Origin: Chlamydiae bacterium RIFCSPHIGHO2_12_FULL_49_11
GTDB taxonomy: Bacteria > Chlamydiota > Chlamydiia > Chlamydiales > 2-12-FULL-49-11
Direction of reading: 5' to 3'
DNA: 16,083 nucleotides
NCBI GenBank assembly: GCA_001794905.1
Contig: MGLW01000005.1
Span: 1-16,083 of the forward strand
Shown here: in pieces, positions 6,841-14,764 of the stretch
Numbering within the stretch: the stretch's first letter is position 1
Layout: each line of letters begins with the position of its first letter
Notes under the pieces: model-generated
What the model saw: the letters and a program-made list of their open reading frames with translations, nothing else
Database searches by the model: none
Told to the model about the DNA's origin: nothing
Made by a program: the position numbers and the translations under genes

Positions 6841-8564
6841 TAACGGTTGCTCAAAATGGCGACCACTTCGTGCGATGTTTTGGCAAGGAGACACTCGAGG
6901 GCCTGTTTGTGGGCTACTTTTGTGCTCAGGTGAAGAAGAGCTTCTTTGATGTAGGGGACCGATCGCGTCGAACACGAGAGCGATGTGATGCCCATCCCCA
7001 CGAGCACCGGCAGGAAGAAGCGGTTCGAGGCAATCTCTCCGCACACGGTGAGCGATTTGCCCGTCGGTTTGATGGTGTCGACAATTTGTTTCAGCATGCG
7101 AAGGAGCGCAGGATGCGCTAGACCATACTTTTTCACCATGTCGACCGAACTGCGATCGAGGGCAAGACAAAATTGCATGAGATCATTCGTGCCGACGGAA
7201 AAGAAATCGCAATGGGGAAGAAAATCGGAAAGCGTCATCACCATGGAGGGCACTTCGATCATGCAGCCGAGCGGCGGCAAAGTATCCATGCCAAGCTCTT
7301 CTTTCACAAGATCGATATAACTTTTGATCTCTTCAAACTCTTCAAACGTGGTGACAAACGGAAGGAGCAATTTCACATTTCCCCGCACAGAAGCTCTGAA
7401 AATGGCGCGCAGCTGCGACAAGAGAATCTCGGGATGGGCAAGTAAAATACGAAGGGACCTCATGCTAAAGCCCTCCTTCCCGCCGCCGAACCGCTTATCG
7501 CCCCCCAAATCAAAAAGCCGGAAAACAACTTCTTTTCCCGCCGCTTTTTCCAGCAAGGTAGAGTACAGCTCAACCTGTTCTTCTTCATCGAAACGGGCAA
7601 AGTCTCGCCGATAATAGAGGAATTCGGAACGGAGAAGACCGATACCATGAGCATGAAACTCATGCATCTTGTCGACATCGCCGAGGGTTTCCACATTGAC
7701 GCTCACCCTGATCTCTACGTTATCTTTCGTAACGACATGCTCAGGTAAATTTTTCATGAGCGTTGCATAGGTGTTTTGATGGCGGAGTCGAAGCGTTCCA
7801 TATTGTGCGGTAACCTTTTCATCGGGAGCAACGATGATTTTACCGGCAAAAGCATCGACAATCACCGTACTATCTTCAAAATCGGTGAGAAGGTCAACGT
7901 TAATGTGAGACACGTACGGAATCCCTTGAGACTTTGCAATGAGCCCCGAATGGGAGGTTTCAGAACCAACTTCCGTAATAAATCCCGCCGCTCCCGCAAA
8001 AATCGCTTCTGCAGTAAAGGAGGGAGCCAGTTCATAAGAGCACAAGATGGCCCCTTTCGGAAGTTGTTTCAAAGTCCCGTTTTGCTGCGTCACCAGATGG
8101 CTTAAAATACGGCCGGTTACATCTTGCAAATCGAGGAATTTTTCCCGCCCCATCGGATCGCTGCCCATCTCAAAAAATTGTTTGAATCCTACCACGACAG
8201 CGCTGAGAACGGTCTCGGCATTTTTCAAGTCGGTGGGAATTTTTGTTTCTACAGCTCCCACCAGCATCGGGTCTTCCAGAAGTTGGATGTGGGCTCGAAT
8301 TACTTGTAGCGCCTCGAGCGAGCCTTTTTCCCCCAGGTCGACTTCCAGCTTTTCCAAATCGAGTTTACTTTCGATGAGTGCTTTTCTAAAACGGTGGATT
8401 TCGCGCGGCGCTTCTTGCGGTGTGATAGAAATATCGACCGTTGTCCCAACATCTTGTGGAGAGACAAACACAAGTTTTCCGACGGCGACCCCTTCACTGA
8501 TCCCGATCCCGATAAACTCGCCTTGTTTTTGCTCTAACAAATTTCCGCGCCCTGATTCTTTCAA
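6840..8564 (-). CDS. ptsI: PTS enzyme I (PEP-protein phosphotransferase)
   Basis: GIGISEGVAVG, phospho-His motif TSHSGLIAKSQGIP, GIGLLRSEFLY, DLGGDK, MIEVPS, SVGTNDL and VCGEIA. The exact start (TTG) is uncertain. Confidence 0.95.
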   Translation of the reverse strand: MKESGRGNLLEQKQGEFIGIGISEGVAVGKLVFVSPQDVGTTVDISITPQEAPREIHRFRKALIESKLDLEKLEVDLGEKGSLEALQVIRAHIQLLEDPMLVGAVETKIPTDLKNAETVLSAVVVGFKQFFEMGSDPMGREKFLDLQDVTGRILSHLVTQQNGTLKQLPKGAILCSYELAPSFTAEAIFAGAAGFITEVGSETSHSGLIAKSQGIPYVSHINVDLLTDFEDSTVIVDAFAGKIIVAPDEKVTAQYGTLRLRHQNTYATLMKNLPEHVVTKDNVEIRVSVNVETLGDVDKMHEFHAHGIGLLRSEFLYYRRDFARFDEEEQVELYSTLLEKAAGKEVVFRLFDLGGDKRFGGGKEGFSMRSLRILLAHPEILLSQLRAIFRASVRGNVKLLLPFVTTFEEFEEIKSYIDLVKEELGMDTLPPLGCMIEVPSMVMTLSDFLPHCDFFSVGTNDLMQFCLALDRSSVDMVKKYGLAHPALLRMLKQIVDTIKPTGKSLTVCGEIASNRFFLPVLVGMGITSLSCSTRSVPYIKEALLHLSTKVAHKQALECLLAKTSHEVVAILSNR

Positions 8565-8592
8565 AAAGTGTAAACGATCCGGTTTATTTTGA

Positions 8593-9558
8593 TCAACTCA
8601 CTTTCACTGCCGTCCGTGACTTTATTGTTTCGAGCAGTTTTCGATTGAACTCTTTTGCCGAATTGTACCCCATTTGCTTGAGACGGTAATTGAGTACCAG
8701 CGTTTCCAGAAGCAGCGATACGTCCCGTCCCGGTTTTACGGGCATGACAAAAAATGGAACACGGATGCCGAGCATTTCGATATGCTTTTCTTCCAGCCCT
8801 ACCCGGTCATAAAAATGATCGTCGTCCCACTCTTCCAATTTCACCACCATGTCAATTTTTGCTTCTTCCGAGATACACACCGCACCATAGAGGTGCGCCA
8901 CATTGATAATGCCGATGCCGCGAATCTCGAGCAGGTGGCGTGTTAGCTCGGGCCCTCGTCCGACAAGGTGTTGCCCTTCCTTTTTTTTGATCATGACCAC
9001 GTCATCCGAAATGAGCCGATGGTGGCCGCGTTCAATGAGACCGAGCGCCGTTTCACTTTTCCCGACCGACGAGTCGCCCTGAATGAGCAGACCCAGGCCG
9101 AACGATTCGACAAGGGTTCCGTGGCAGGATAGGGTCGGCGCAAACTCTTCGAGCAGGATGACGTTCAATTGCGACAGGAGAGCGTGGGTGCGCAAAGTGC
9201 TGCGAAACAGAGGCACGCCCGACTGGCAAGCAAGTGTGGTCATCTGTTCAAACGGACGGAGGTTGCGGGCAACGATAATAAAAGGAATTTCAGGGGAAAA
9301 GAGGGCCTCGAGCCGTTTTTTTCTCTCGAGCGGTTTTAACTCCCTCAAATATTCCATCTCGATCCGTCCGAAGATGAGCGCCCGCCGCGGAGAATGCCCC
9401 TTTAAAAATCCGGTCAGGGCAAGACCGGGCCTTTCGAGCTCGACCTGTTTCATTTCCCGGTCAAGCTTGCTTTCTTTCACATGGAGCGAAAGCCCGAGAA
9501 TTTCCTGATATTTTCGGAAAAATTCGCCGATATAAACCATACTATTGACTTTACTCAT
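8593..9558 (-). CDS. hprK: HPr(Ser) kinase/phosphorylase
   Basis: RPGLALTGF, HGTLV, Walker A GDSSVGKSETAL, LISDD, LEIRGIGII and PVKPGRD. Confidence 0.96.
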   Translation of the reverse strand: MSKVNSMVYIGEFFRKYQEILGLSLHVKESKLDREMKQVELERPGLALTGFLKGHSPRRALIFGRIEMEYLRELKPLERKKRLEALFSPEIPFIIVARNLRPFEQMTTLACQSGVPLFRSTLRTHALLSQLNVILLEEFAPTLSCHGTLVESFGLGLLIQGDSSVGKSETALGLIERGHHRLISDDVVMIKKKEGQHLVGRGPELTRHLLEIRGIGIINVAHLYGAVCISEEAKIDMVVKLEEWDDDHFYDRVGLEEKHIEMLGIRVPFFVMPVKPGRDVSLLLETLVLNYRLKQMGYNSAKEFNRKLLETIKSRTAVKVS

Positions 9559-9578
9559 TTTCTAAAAAAATGTATACT
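9550..9578 (+). promoter_or_regulatory. Putative sigma70-type promoter for ndh
   Basis: TTTACT (9550-9555), 17-nt spacer, TATACT (9573-9578), ending 8 nt before GTG 9587. Confidence 0.35.
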
Positions 9579-9586
9579 TTTACAAT

Positions 9587-10876
9587 GTGAATAAAAAAAG
9601 ACTAGTCGTCATCGGCGGCGGTTTCAGCGGCCTCAACCTCGTTCGAACCTTGAAAAAGGCTCCTATGGATATTGTTCTCATCGATAAGAAAAACCACCAC
9701 CTCTTTCAGCCGCTCCTGTACCAAGCTGCCACGGCCACTCTCTCACCGCGCGATATTTCGATTGCCCTCCGCGAGGTATTTGCAAAGCAAAAAAATACGA
9801 CGGTGATCATGGGAGAAGTGACCCAAATCGACAAGAAAAAGAAAAAAGTGCTCCTTGGCAACGGCGACCGTTTTACATACGACTATTTGGCCGTCGGAAT
9901 CGGCGCCAAACACAGTTATTTCGGTCATGATGAATGGGAACCTTTTGCCCCGGGCATCAAAACGATCACCGATGCATTGAAAATTCGCGAACACATCCTG
10001 ATGTCATTTGAAAAAGCTGAAAGGCTCGATTCGATCCACGAAACCCACAAATATCTCACTTTTGTTATCGTCGGCGCAGGCCCGACAGGAGTGGAATTTG
10101 CCGGAACCATTTCCGAACTCATACAAAAAACGATGCACCGGAATTTCAGAAGCATCCGTACCGAAAAAGCGCGTGTTATTTTGATTGAAGCGGCTGACCG
10201 TGTCTTGCCCACATTTCATCCGAAATTGGCAGAGCGTACGGCAGCCGATCTGGAAAAATTGGGTGTGACGGTGCTCACCCGCACTTTTGTGACAAACATC
10301 AATGCAGAAGGGGTGGAAATAGGCGACCAGTTCATTGAAGCGAAAAATGTGATCTGGGCAGCCGGTAACACCGTCTCTCCCCTATTGCTCCAGCTCGAAA
10401 CCGAATGTGATAAGTCGGGTCGTGCCGTCGTGCGCAGCGATTTATCGATTCCGAACCACCCTGAAATTTTTGTCCTGGGAGATGCCGCACATTATAAAAC
10501 TCCGCAGAGGATCATCCTCCCAGCTGTGGCAACCGTTGCCCTGCAAGAGGGCCGCTTTGTAGGAAAACTCCTCCGGGATGAAGTGGAACGGAAAAAGCCG
10601 TCACCTCTCCGCACGAGAGGGTTTGTCTTCCGCGATAAAGGCTCCCTTGCCACCATCGGAGCTTACAAGGCAGTCGGATCGATCAAGGGAGTGCGTTTTA
10701 CAGGCCTTCTCGCCTGGCTCATTTGGGGCTTTGTCCATATAGGATATTTGATCGGGTTCCGCCACCGCCTCACCGTAATGATCGAATGGTTCATCCACCA
10801 CATGACCGGCATACGCAGCTCGCGCATCATTCACGGCACGATCGACGAAGACCTCCCAAAATCCCAGAGTCAATGA
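9587..10876 (+). CDS. ndh: Type II NADH dehydrogenase
   Basis: VVIGGGFSG, HLFQPLLYQ, IVGAGPTGVEFAG, IWAAG, FVLGD, DKGSLATIG and AWLIWGFVH. Confidence 0.94.
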   Translation: MNKKRLVVIGGGFSGLNLVRTLKKAPMDIVLIDKKNHHLFQPLLYQAATATLSPRDISIALREVFAKQKNTTVIMGEVTQIDKKKKKVLLGNGDRFTYDYLAVGIGAKHSYFGHDEWEPFAPGIKTITDALKIREHILMSFEKAERLDSIHETHKYLTFVIVGAGPTGVEFAGTISELIQKTMHRNFRSIRTEKARVILIEAADRVLPTFHPKLAERTAADLEKLGVTVLTRTFVTNINAEGVEIGDQFIEAKNVIWAAGNTVSPLLLQLETECDKSGRAVVRSDLSIPNHPEIFVLGDAAHYKTPQRIILPAVATVALQEGRFVGKLLRDEVERKKPSPLRTRGFVFRDKGSLATIGAYKAVGSIKGVRFTGLLAWLIWGFVHIGYLIGFRHRLTVMIEWFIHHMTGIRSSRIIHGTIDEDLPKSQSQ

Positions 10877-12222
10877 TGCTTTTAAAATGTCCCGCTCTTT
10901 TTTATAGCCTTGTCCTCGTGATTGGATTCGGGCTCCGTTACACCTATCTCGCCCTGCTTCTTTTACCATTGCTTCGCTATGGCAATATGAAAACGGTTCT
11001 CATCGTCGGCCTTTTTCTTGCCGTAGGCTATATACGATCGGCACCGCCGACTCCTCCCACTTCCGGAGAAATAGCGGGCATATTTTATCCCTCGCAAGTG
11101 GTCCATCATCACCAAAAAAAATGTGTGAAAGGGATCTTGCATGCAAACGGAAATTCTTTTCCCGTCATCGCTACTGGAATCGGTCACCTTTCAACGCTGC
11201 CGTATTCGGTCGCAGTAGACGGAATGATCCGATCAGAGAAACACTCTACCTTTCTGAGCGTCGATACGACCGGCAAAAAAAGCCGATTTCCTTCCCTTGC
11301 GGGACTCCGTTACCGTACTGCTACGCGATTTTTCCGTTACCTGGAACGCCACATTCCCGATCCTGCGACCCTCCGGTTTTCTTTTGCAATTCTGACGGGA
11401 GAAAGGACTGACCCCCTTCTTGACACCCTATTCCGAAAAGTCGGCCTGAGCCACATTCTAGCCATCTCCGGCCTCCATTTTGCCGTTGCGATCGGGCTCC
11501 TCTATCTTTTGCTGTCGAAATTCGTACCCCGAATTTCGCTCGTCGTTTTGACACTCATTTTTAGTTTCCTGTACCTTCTCCTCATCGGCGACATGCCCTC
11601 GGTACGCCGTGCCTTCATTTTTTCTACGATTTACATCGTCTCTTTTCTCGTTTATAAAAAGGCGCACCCTCTCAACACCCTCGGAGCGGCACTTTCGATC
11701 GAATTTGTCCTTTTTCCGGGAACCATCCTTTCGGTCGGCTTTTGGCTCAGCTACCTTGCCACCTTTGCCATCCTGATCCTCTTTCCCCTTTTCATGAAAC
11801 TTGCCGCACGCCTTACCAGAATTGATATCCCGCGTCTGTCCACGGTGCAAAAAGCCGGATGGGCCGTCTACACTTTCTTTTTACAGAGTGCCTTACTCAC
11901 CTCTGCCGTACTGATTCTCATCGTTCCGCTCACCCTCCATATATTCGGCGAATTTCCCCTCCTCTCTTTTCCCTATAACATCTTCCTCACCCCGTTTTTT
12001 CCGCCTCTTTTCGGTCTTCTGCTCCTTTCCCTCGCCTTCCCTTTCTTATGGCCTGTTTACAACGCCCTCGCACACCTCCTCCTCATCCCGATTTTCTACC
12101 CTCCGAAACTCCTCGGAAAGGTCGCCATTGCCCCGTTGCTCCCCATCGAATTTATCTACATTTACATCTCTCTTGCGATCATTACCTCCATTTATTTCTT
12201 TGAAAGAATGGAACGCATATGA
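10873..12222 (+). CDS. comEC: ComEC/Rec2 competence membrane protein, without C-terminal metallo-beta-lactamase-like domain
   Basis: AILTGE, GLSHILAISGLHF, PSVRRA and GFWLSYLAT, with many TM segments. Start at ATG 10873 overlapping the ndh stop (ATGA); the longer track start is unlikely. Confidence 0.9.
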   Translation: MMLLKCPALFYSLVLVIGFGLRYTYLALLLLPLLRYGNMKTVLIVGLFLAVGYIRSAPPTPPTSGEIAGIFYPSQVVHHHQKKCVKGILHANGNSFPVIATGIGHLSTLPYSVAVDGMIRSEKHSTFLSVDTTGKKSRFPSLAGLRYRTATRFFRYLERHIPDPATLRFSFAILTGERTDPLLDTLFRKVGLSHILAISGLHFAVAIGLLYLLLSKFVPRISLVVLTLIFSFLYLLLIGDMPSVRRAFIFSTIYIVSFLVYKKAHPLNTLGAALSIEFVLFPGTILSVGFWLSYLATFAILILFPLFMKLAARLTRIDIPRLSTVQKAGWAVYTFFLQSALLTSAVLILIVPLTLHIFGEFPLLSFPYNIFLTPFFPPLFGLLLLSLAFPFLWPVYNALAHLLLIPIFYPPKLLGKVAIAPLLPIEFIYIYISLAIITSIYFFERMERI

Positions 12223-12228
12223 TACAAT
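12200..12228 (+). promoter_or_regulatory. Sigma70-type promoter for tRNA-His inside the comEC 3' end
   Basis: TTGAAA (12200-12205), 17-nt spacer, TACAAT (12223-12228), with extended -10 TG at 12220-12221. Confidence 0.65.
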
Positions 12229-12245
12229 TTGACCTCGAACTTTAT

Positions 12246-12320
12246 GGCGGTAGTAGCTCAGCCGGTTAGAGCACAAGATTGTGGTTCTTGGGGTCGGGGG
12301 TTCGAGTCCCCTCTATCGCC
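12246..12320 (+). tRNA. tRNA-His (GTG)
   Basis: Acceptor stem GCGGTAG/CTATCGC with G-1 (12246) opposite C73 (12320). D arm GCTC/GAGC, anticodon arm CAAGA-TTGTGGT-TCTTG, T arm GGGGG-TTCGAGT-CCCCT. A full CCA is not encoded after C73. Confidence 0.97.
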
Positions 12321-12377
12321 CATTTCATCCCCTGTACAGCCTTTGCCAACGGCAAGCGGCATGATTTGATAAATATC

Positions 12378-12446
12378 AACGCAAAAACGCAAAGCCACTA
12401 AGACGCGGAGAAAATTGCATCTTCGCGTCTTACGCGTCTTTGCGTT
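12378..12446. repeat. Imperfect palindromic REP/MITE-like element between convergent genes
   Basis: aacgcaaaaacgc...taagacgcggaga-aaattgca-tcttcgcgtctta...gcgtctttgcgtt, built from AAGACGC-like subunits. Confidence 0.7.
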
Positions 12447-13545
12447 AAATCTTCGCACCCGCTGAGTTTCGAAAGAAGTTTAATGTGTCAATTGCCTTGA
12501 TGACATGCTCTGCAGGGAGGTTGTCGAGGCAGTCGGAAACCCAGGAGCCGCCACAGCCTTCCTGATCGCAGCGGGCACACGGCCGATGCAGCCGCACAAT
12601 CCGGGCCTCCGGATTTTGCCAGGGGCCCCATTTGACTTCGTCCGAGGGACCGAAAATTGCTACACACCGCTTCTTGAAAGCCGATGCGAGGTGGAGGGTA
12701 ACCGTGTCCACCGTAACAATAATTTCAGCTTTCCGTACCAACCCTCCCAATTCTTTGAGACTCGTCTTCCCTGCCCGGCTTTCCACCCTCTCGGGAGAAA
12801 ACCCCTCGCAAAGCGTGTCGATGTACTCTTTTTCTTCCTCCCCGCCCCCGCCGCTTACAACCACTTTCAATCCAAGGGTGAGAAGATGCCCGATCACGGT
12901 CCGGAAACCTTCGATGTGCCATAACTTCATGCTGGTACGGGTGTAAGGGTGGACGAGGGCAAAAGGGGCCGTTTCCTCGGCGCATGAAGCGGTAAAAATC
13001 CGGTTCCGCTCATCCGGAACGGAAAAAATCAGGTTCCGCTCATCCGGAGCGGGCCGGAGGCCGATTACCCGCAAGAGGTCCAGGTTTGTTTCGACTACGT
13101 GCCTTGGGGTGCGCGCACGCCAAACGAGATGGGTGAAAAAGCGGTCTTTGCCGCGCATACCTCCGTCCGACTCAATTCCTACCCTGACGGGCGCGCCGGA
13201 AACTTTTGCCGCGATCGCCCCCCGATCCCCCGACGTGAGGTTGAATACAACGTCATAACGCTGCCCACGAATTGCCCAAAGCTGCTTCAATTCATACCCG
13301 AGTTTGTTCAGTCGCGAACGCTGTCGCACCTCATGATCAAAAGTGTGAAAAAAGTCGATCGCGGGGTGGCCCTCTAACATGGGCAAAGTGTCTTTAAAAA
13401 GGAAAACGTGAATTGCGATGTGAGGATAATGATTTTTCAAAATTTGATAGAGAGGCGAGGTGAGAAGCACATCGCCGTGATATTTGAAAATGCAGAAAAG
13501 CACCTTGCGTACTTTATGCATTTCAATGAAATTTTTATGGTCCAT
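12445..13545 (-). CDS. GT9 glycosyltransferase, RfaQ/WaaQ-like putative LPS heptosyltransferase
   Basis: KYHGDVLLTSP, NLTSGDRGA, AGKTSLKELGGL, TVDTVTLHLASA and AIFGPSDEVKWGPW. Confidence 0.88.
   Translation of the reverse strand: MDHKNFIEMHKVRKVLFCIFKYHGDVLLTSPLYQILKNHYPHIAIHVFLFKDTLPMLEGHPAIDFFHTFDHEVRQRSRLNKLGYELKQLWAIRGQRYDVVFNLTSGDRGAIAAKVSGAPVRVGIESDGGMRGKDRFFTHLVWRARTPRHVVETNLDLLRVIGLRPAPDERNLIFSVPDERNRIFTASCAEETAPFALVHPYTRTSMKLWHIEGFRTVIGHLLTLGLKVVVSGGGGEEEKEYIDTLCEGFSPERVESRAGKTSLKELGGLVRKAEIIVTVDTVTLHLASAFKKRCVAIFGPSDEVKWGPWQNPEARIVRLHRPCARCDQEGCGGSWVSDCLDNLPAEHVIKAIDTLNFFRNSAGAKI
12991..13050 (-). repeat. 30-bp tandem duplication within the GT9 gene
   Basis: ggtaaaaatccggttccgctcatccggaac / ggaaaaaatcaggttccgctcatccggagc (27/30 identical), encoding APDERNLIFS / VPDERNRIFT. 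Confidence 0.85.
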
Positions 13546-14281
13546 CGCGTTCGACTAATTTTAGATATTTATAATAGGCGACATGTTGATTGTACTTCGA
13601 AATGATGTATCCGTTTTTACCGTCCCGAATGCCCCCTTTCAAAATGTAGCTGCGGAAAAATGCATACGAGCCGTGGAGAAGCGCTTTCCAAAAAGACCCT
13701 TTTTTCCCTTTCTCTTCGGCAAAAAGGGTCGAATAAAGCTGCATCTTGCGAAGAAAATCGTCGACGGAAGTGTACGAATAGTGGTGCATGTGCAAGGGGA
13801 TATCCACGATGTCCTTTTCTTGGACATCAAGCGACTCATGCACTTTCCTGGGTTGGAACGCGTGGTCTTTGCGGTGGTAGAGACATACTTGCCGGTCAGG
13901 ATACCAGCCGCAGCCCCGAATCCACTGCCCCTGAAAAAAATTTTTGAAGGGGAAGCGGTATGCTTTCCCTCTTTCGGGGACAAAGGTTTCCATTGCCCTT
14001 CCAAGTTCAGGAGAGAGCTCTTCATCGCTGTCCAGAACAAAAATCCAGTCATGGGCTGCCTCACCGGCACCAAAGTTGCGGAGAGGAACAAATCCGGGAA
14101 AACCCGGATGGGAGACTATTTTGACGTTGGGGTACTTTTTTGCCAGTTCACAGGTGCGGTCGGTCGAGCCGTTATCGACAAGCACAACTTCGGCAAAGGG
14201 GACGCTGCTTCGCAGGGTTCGATCGATGATCGCCTCGGCATTTTTAGCCAAAACGACAGCACTGATTTGAGGCTTGGACAT
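13535..14281 (-). CDS. GT2 glycosyltransferase, WaaE/KdtX-like LPS core beta-1,4-glucosyltransferase
   Basis: VDNGSTDRT, WIFVLDSDE, GWYPD, VHE, HHYSY and YILKGGIRDG. Confidence 0.88.
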   Translation of the reverse strand: MSKPQISAVVLAKNAEAIIDRTLRSSVPFAEVVLVDNGSTDRTCELAKKYPNVKIVSHPGFPGFVPLRNFGAGEAAHDWIFVLDSDEELSPELGRAMETFVPERGKAYRFPFKNFFQGQWIRGCGWYPDRQVCLYHRKDHAFQPRKVHESLDVQEKDIVDIPLHMHHYSYTSVDDFLRKMQLYSTLFAEEKGKKGSFWKALLHGSYAFFRSYILKGGIRDGKNGYIISKYNQHVAYYKYLKLVERDGP

Positions 14282-14335
14282 TATTCTCCGAGAGTGATAT
14301 CCTCTTCGGTAAAATTATAAAGGAATAGTCATATT

Positions 14336-14764
14336 ATGAGCAAAGAAAGAACGTTGTCGATCATCAAGCCGGATGCAGTGATGAAAAACGTCATCGGACA
14401 AATCATCCAGAGATTTGAAGATAACGGATTGGAACTCATCGGCGCTAAAATGATGCAACTTTCCAAAGAAACGGCAGAGGCCTTTTATGCTATCCACCGC
14501 GAGCGTCCTTTTTTCGGCGACCTCGTCGCATTCATGACTTCCGGTCCGGTGCTCGTGAGCGTGCTCGAGGGTGAAAATGCGGTCAAAAAAAATCGCGATA
14601 TCATGGGAGCGACCGATCCGAAAAAAGCCATTCCGGGTACGATCCGCGCCGATTTTGCCGAAAGCATCGATGCCAACGCAGTACACGGCTCTGACAGCCT
14701 TGAAAATGCGGGCATCGAAATCGCCTTTTTCTTCAAGGACGGGGAAATTCTACCACGAACGTGA
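14336..14764 (+). CDS. ndk: Nucleoside diphosphate kinase
   Basis: [36 protein letters not shown] and NAVHGSDS. Confidence 0.98.
   Translation: MSKERTLSIIKPDAVMKNVIGQIIQRFEDNGLELIGAKMMQLSKETAEAFYAIHRERPFFGDLVAFMTSGPVLVSVLEGENAVKKNRDIMGATDPKKAIPGTIRADFAESIDANAVHGSDSLENAGIEIAFFFKDGEILPRT

Noticed and set aside
5904-6963. Diversity-generating retroelement template/variable repeat pair
   Set aside because: The four mismatches are not confined to adenines of one copy on either strand, there is no reverse transcriptase in the window, and the target is a housekeeping enzyme.
10723-10872. N-terminal extension of comEC
   Set aside because: It overlaps ndh by about 150 bp with non-protein-like sequence. 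ATG 10873 gives a standard ATGA coupling.
12246-12446. Island integrated at tRNA-His
   Set aside because: No integrase and no duplicated tRNA 3' end were seen, and the downstream genes have backbone-like composition.
13583-14320. 245-aa plus-strand ORF and other long antisense ORFs such as 1484-2191 and 8047-8592
   Set aside because: They are fully antisense to well-supported genes and have no recognisable motifs.
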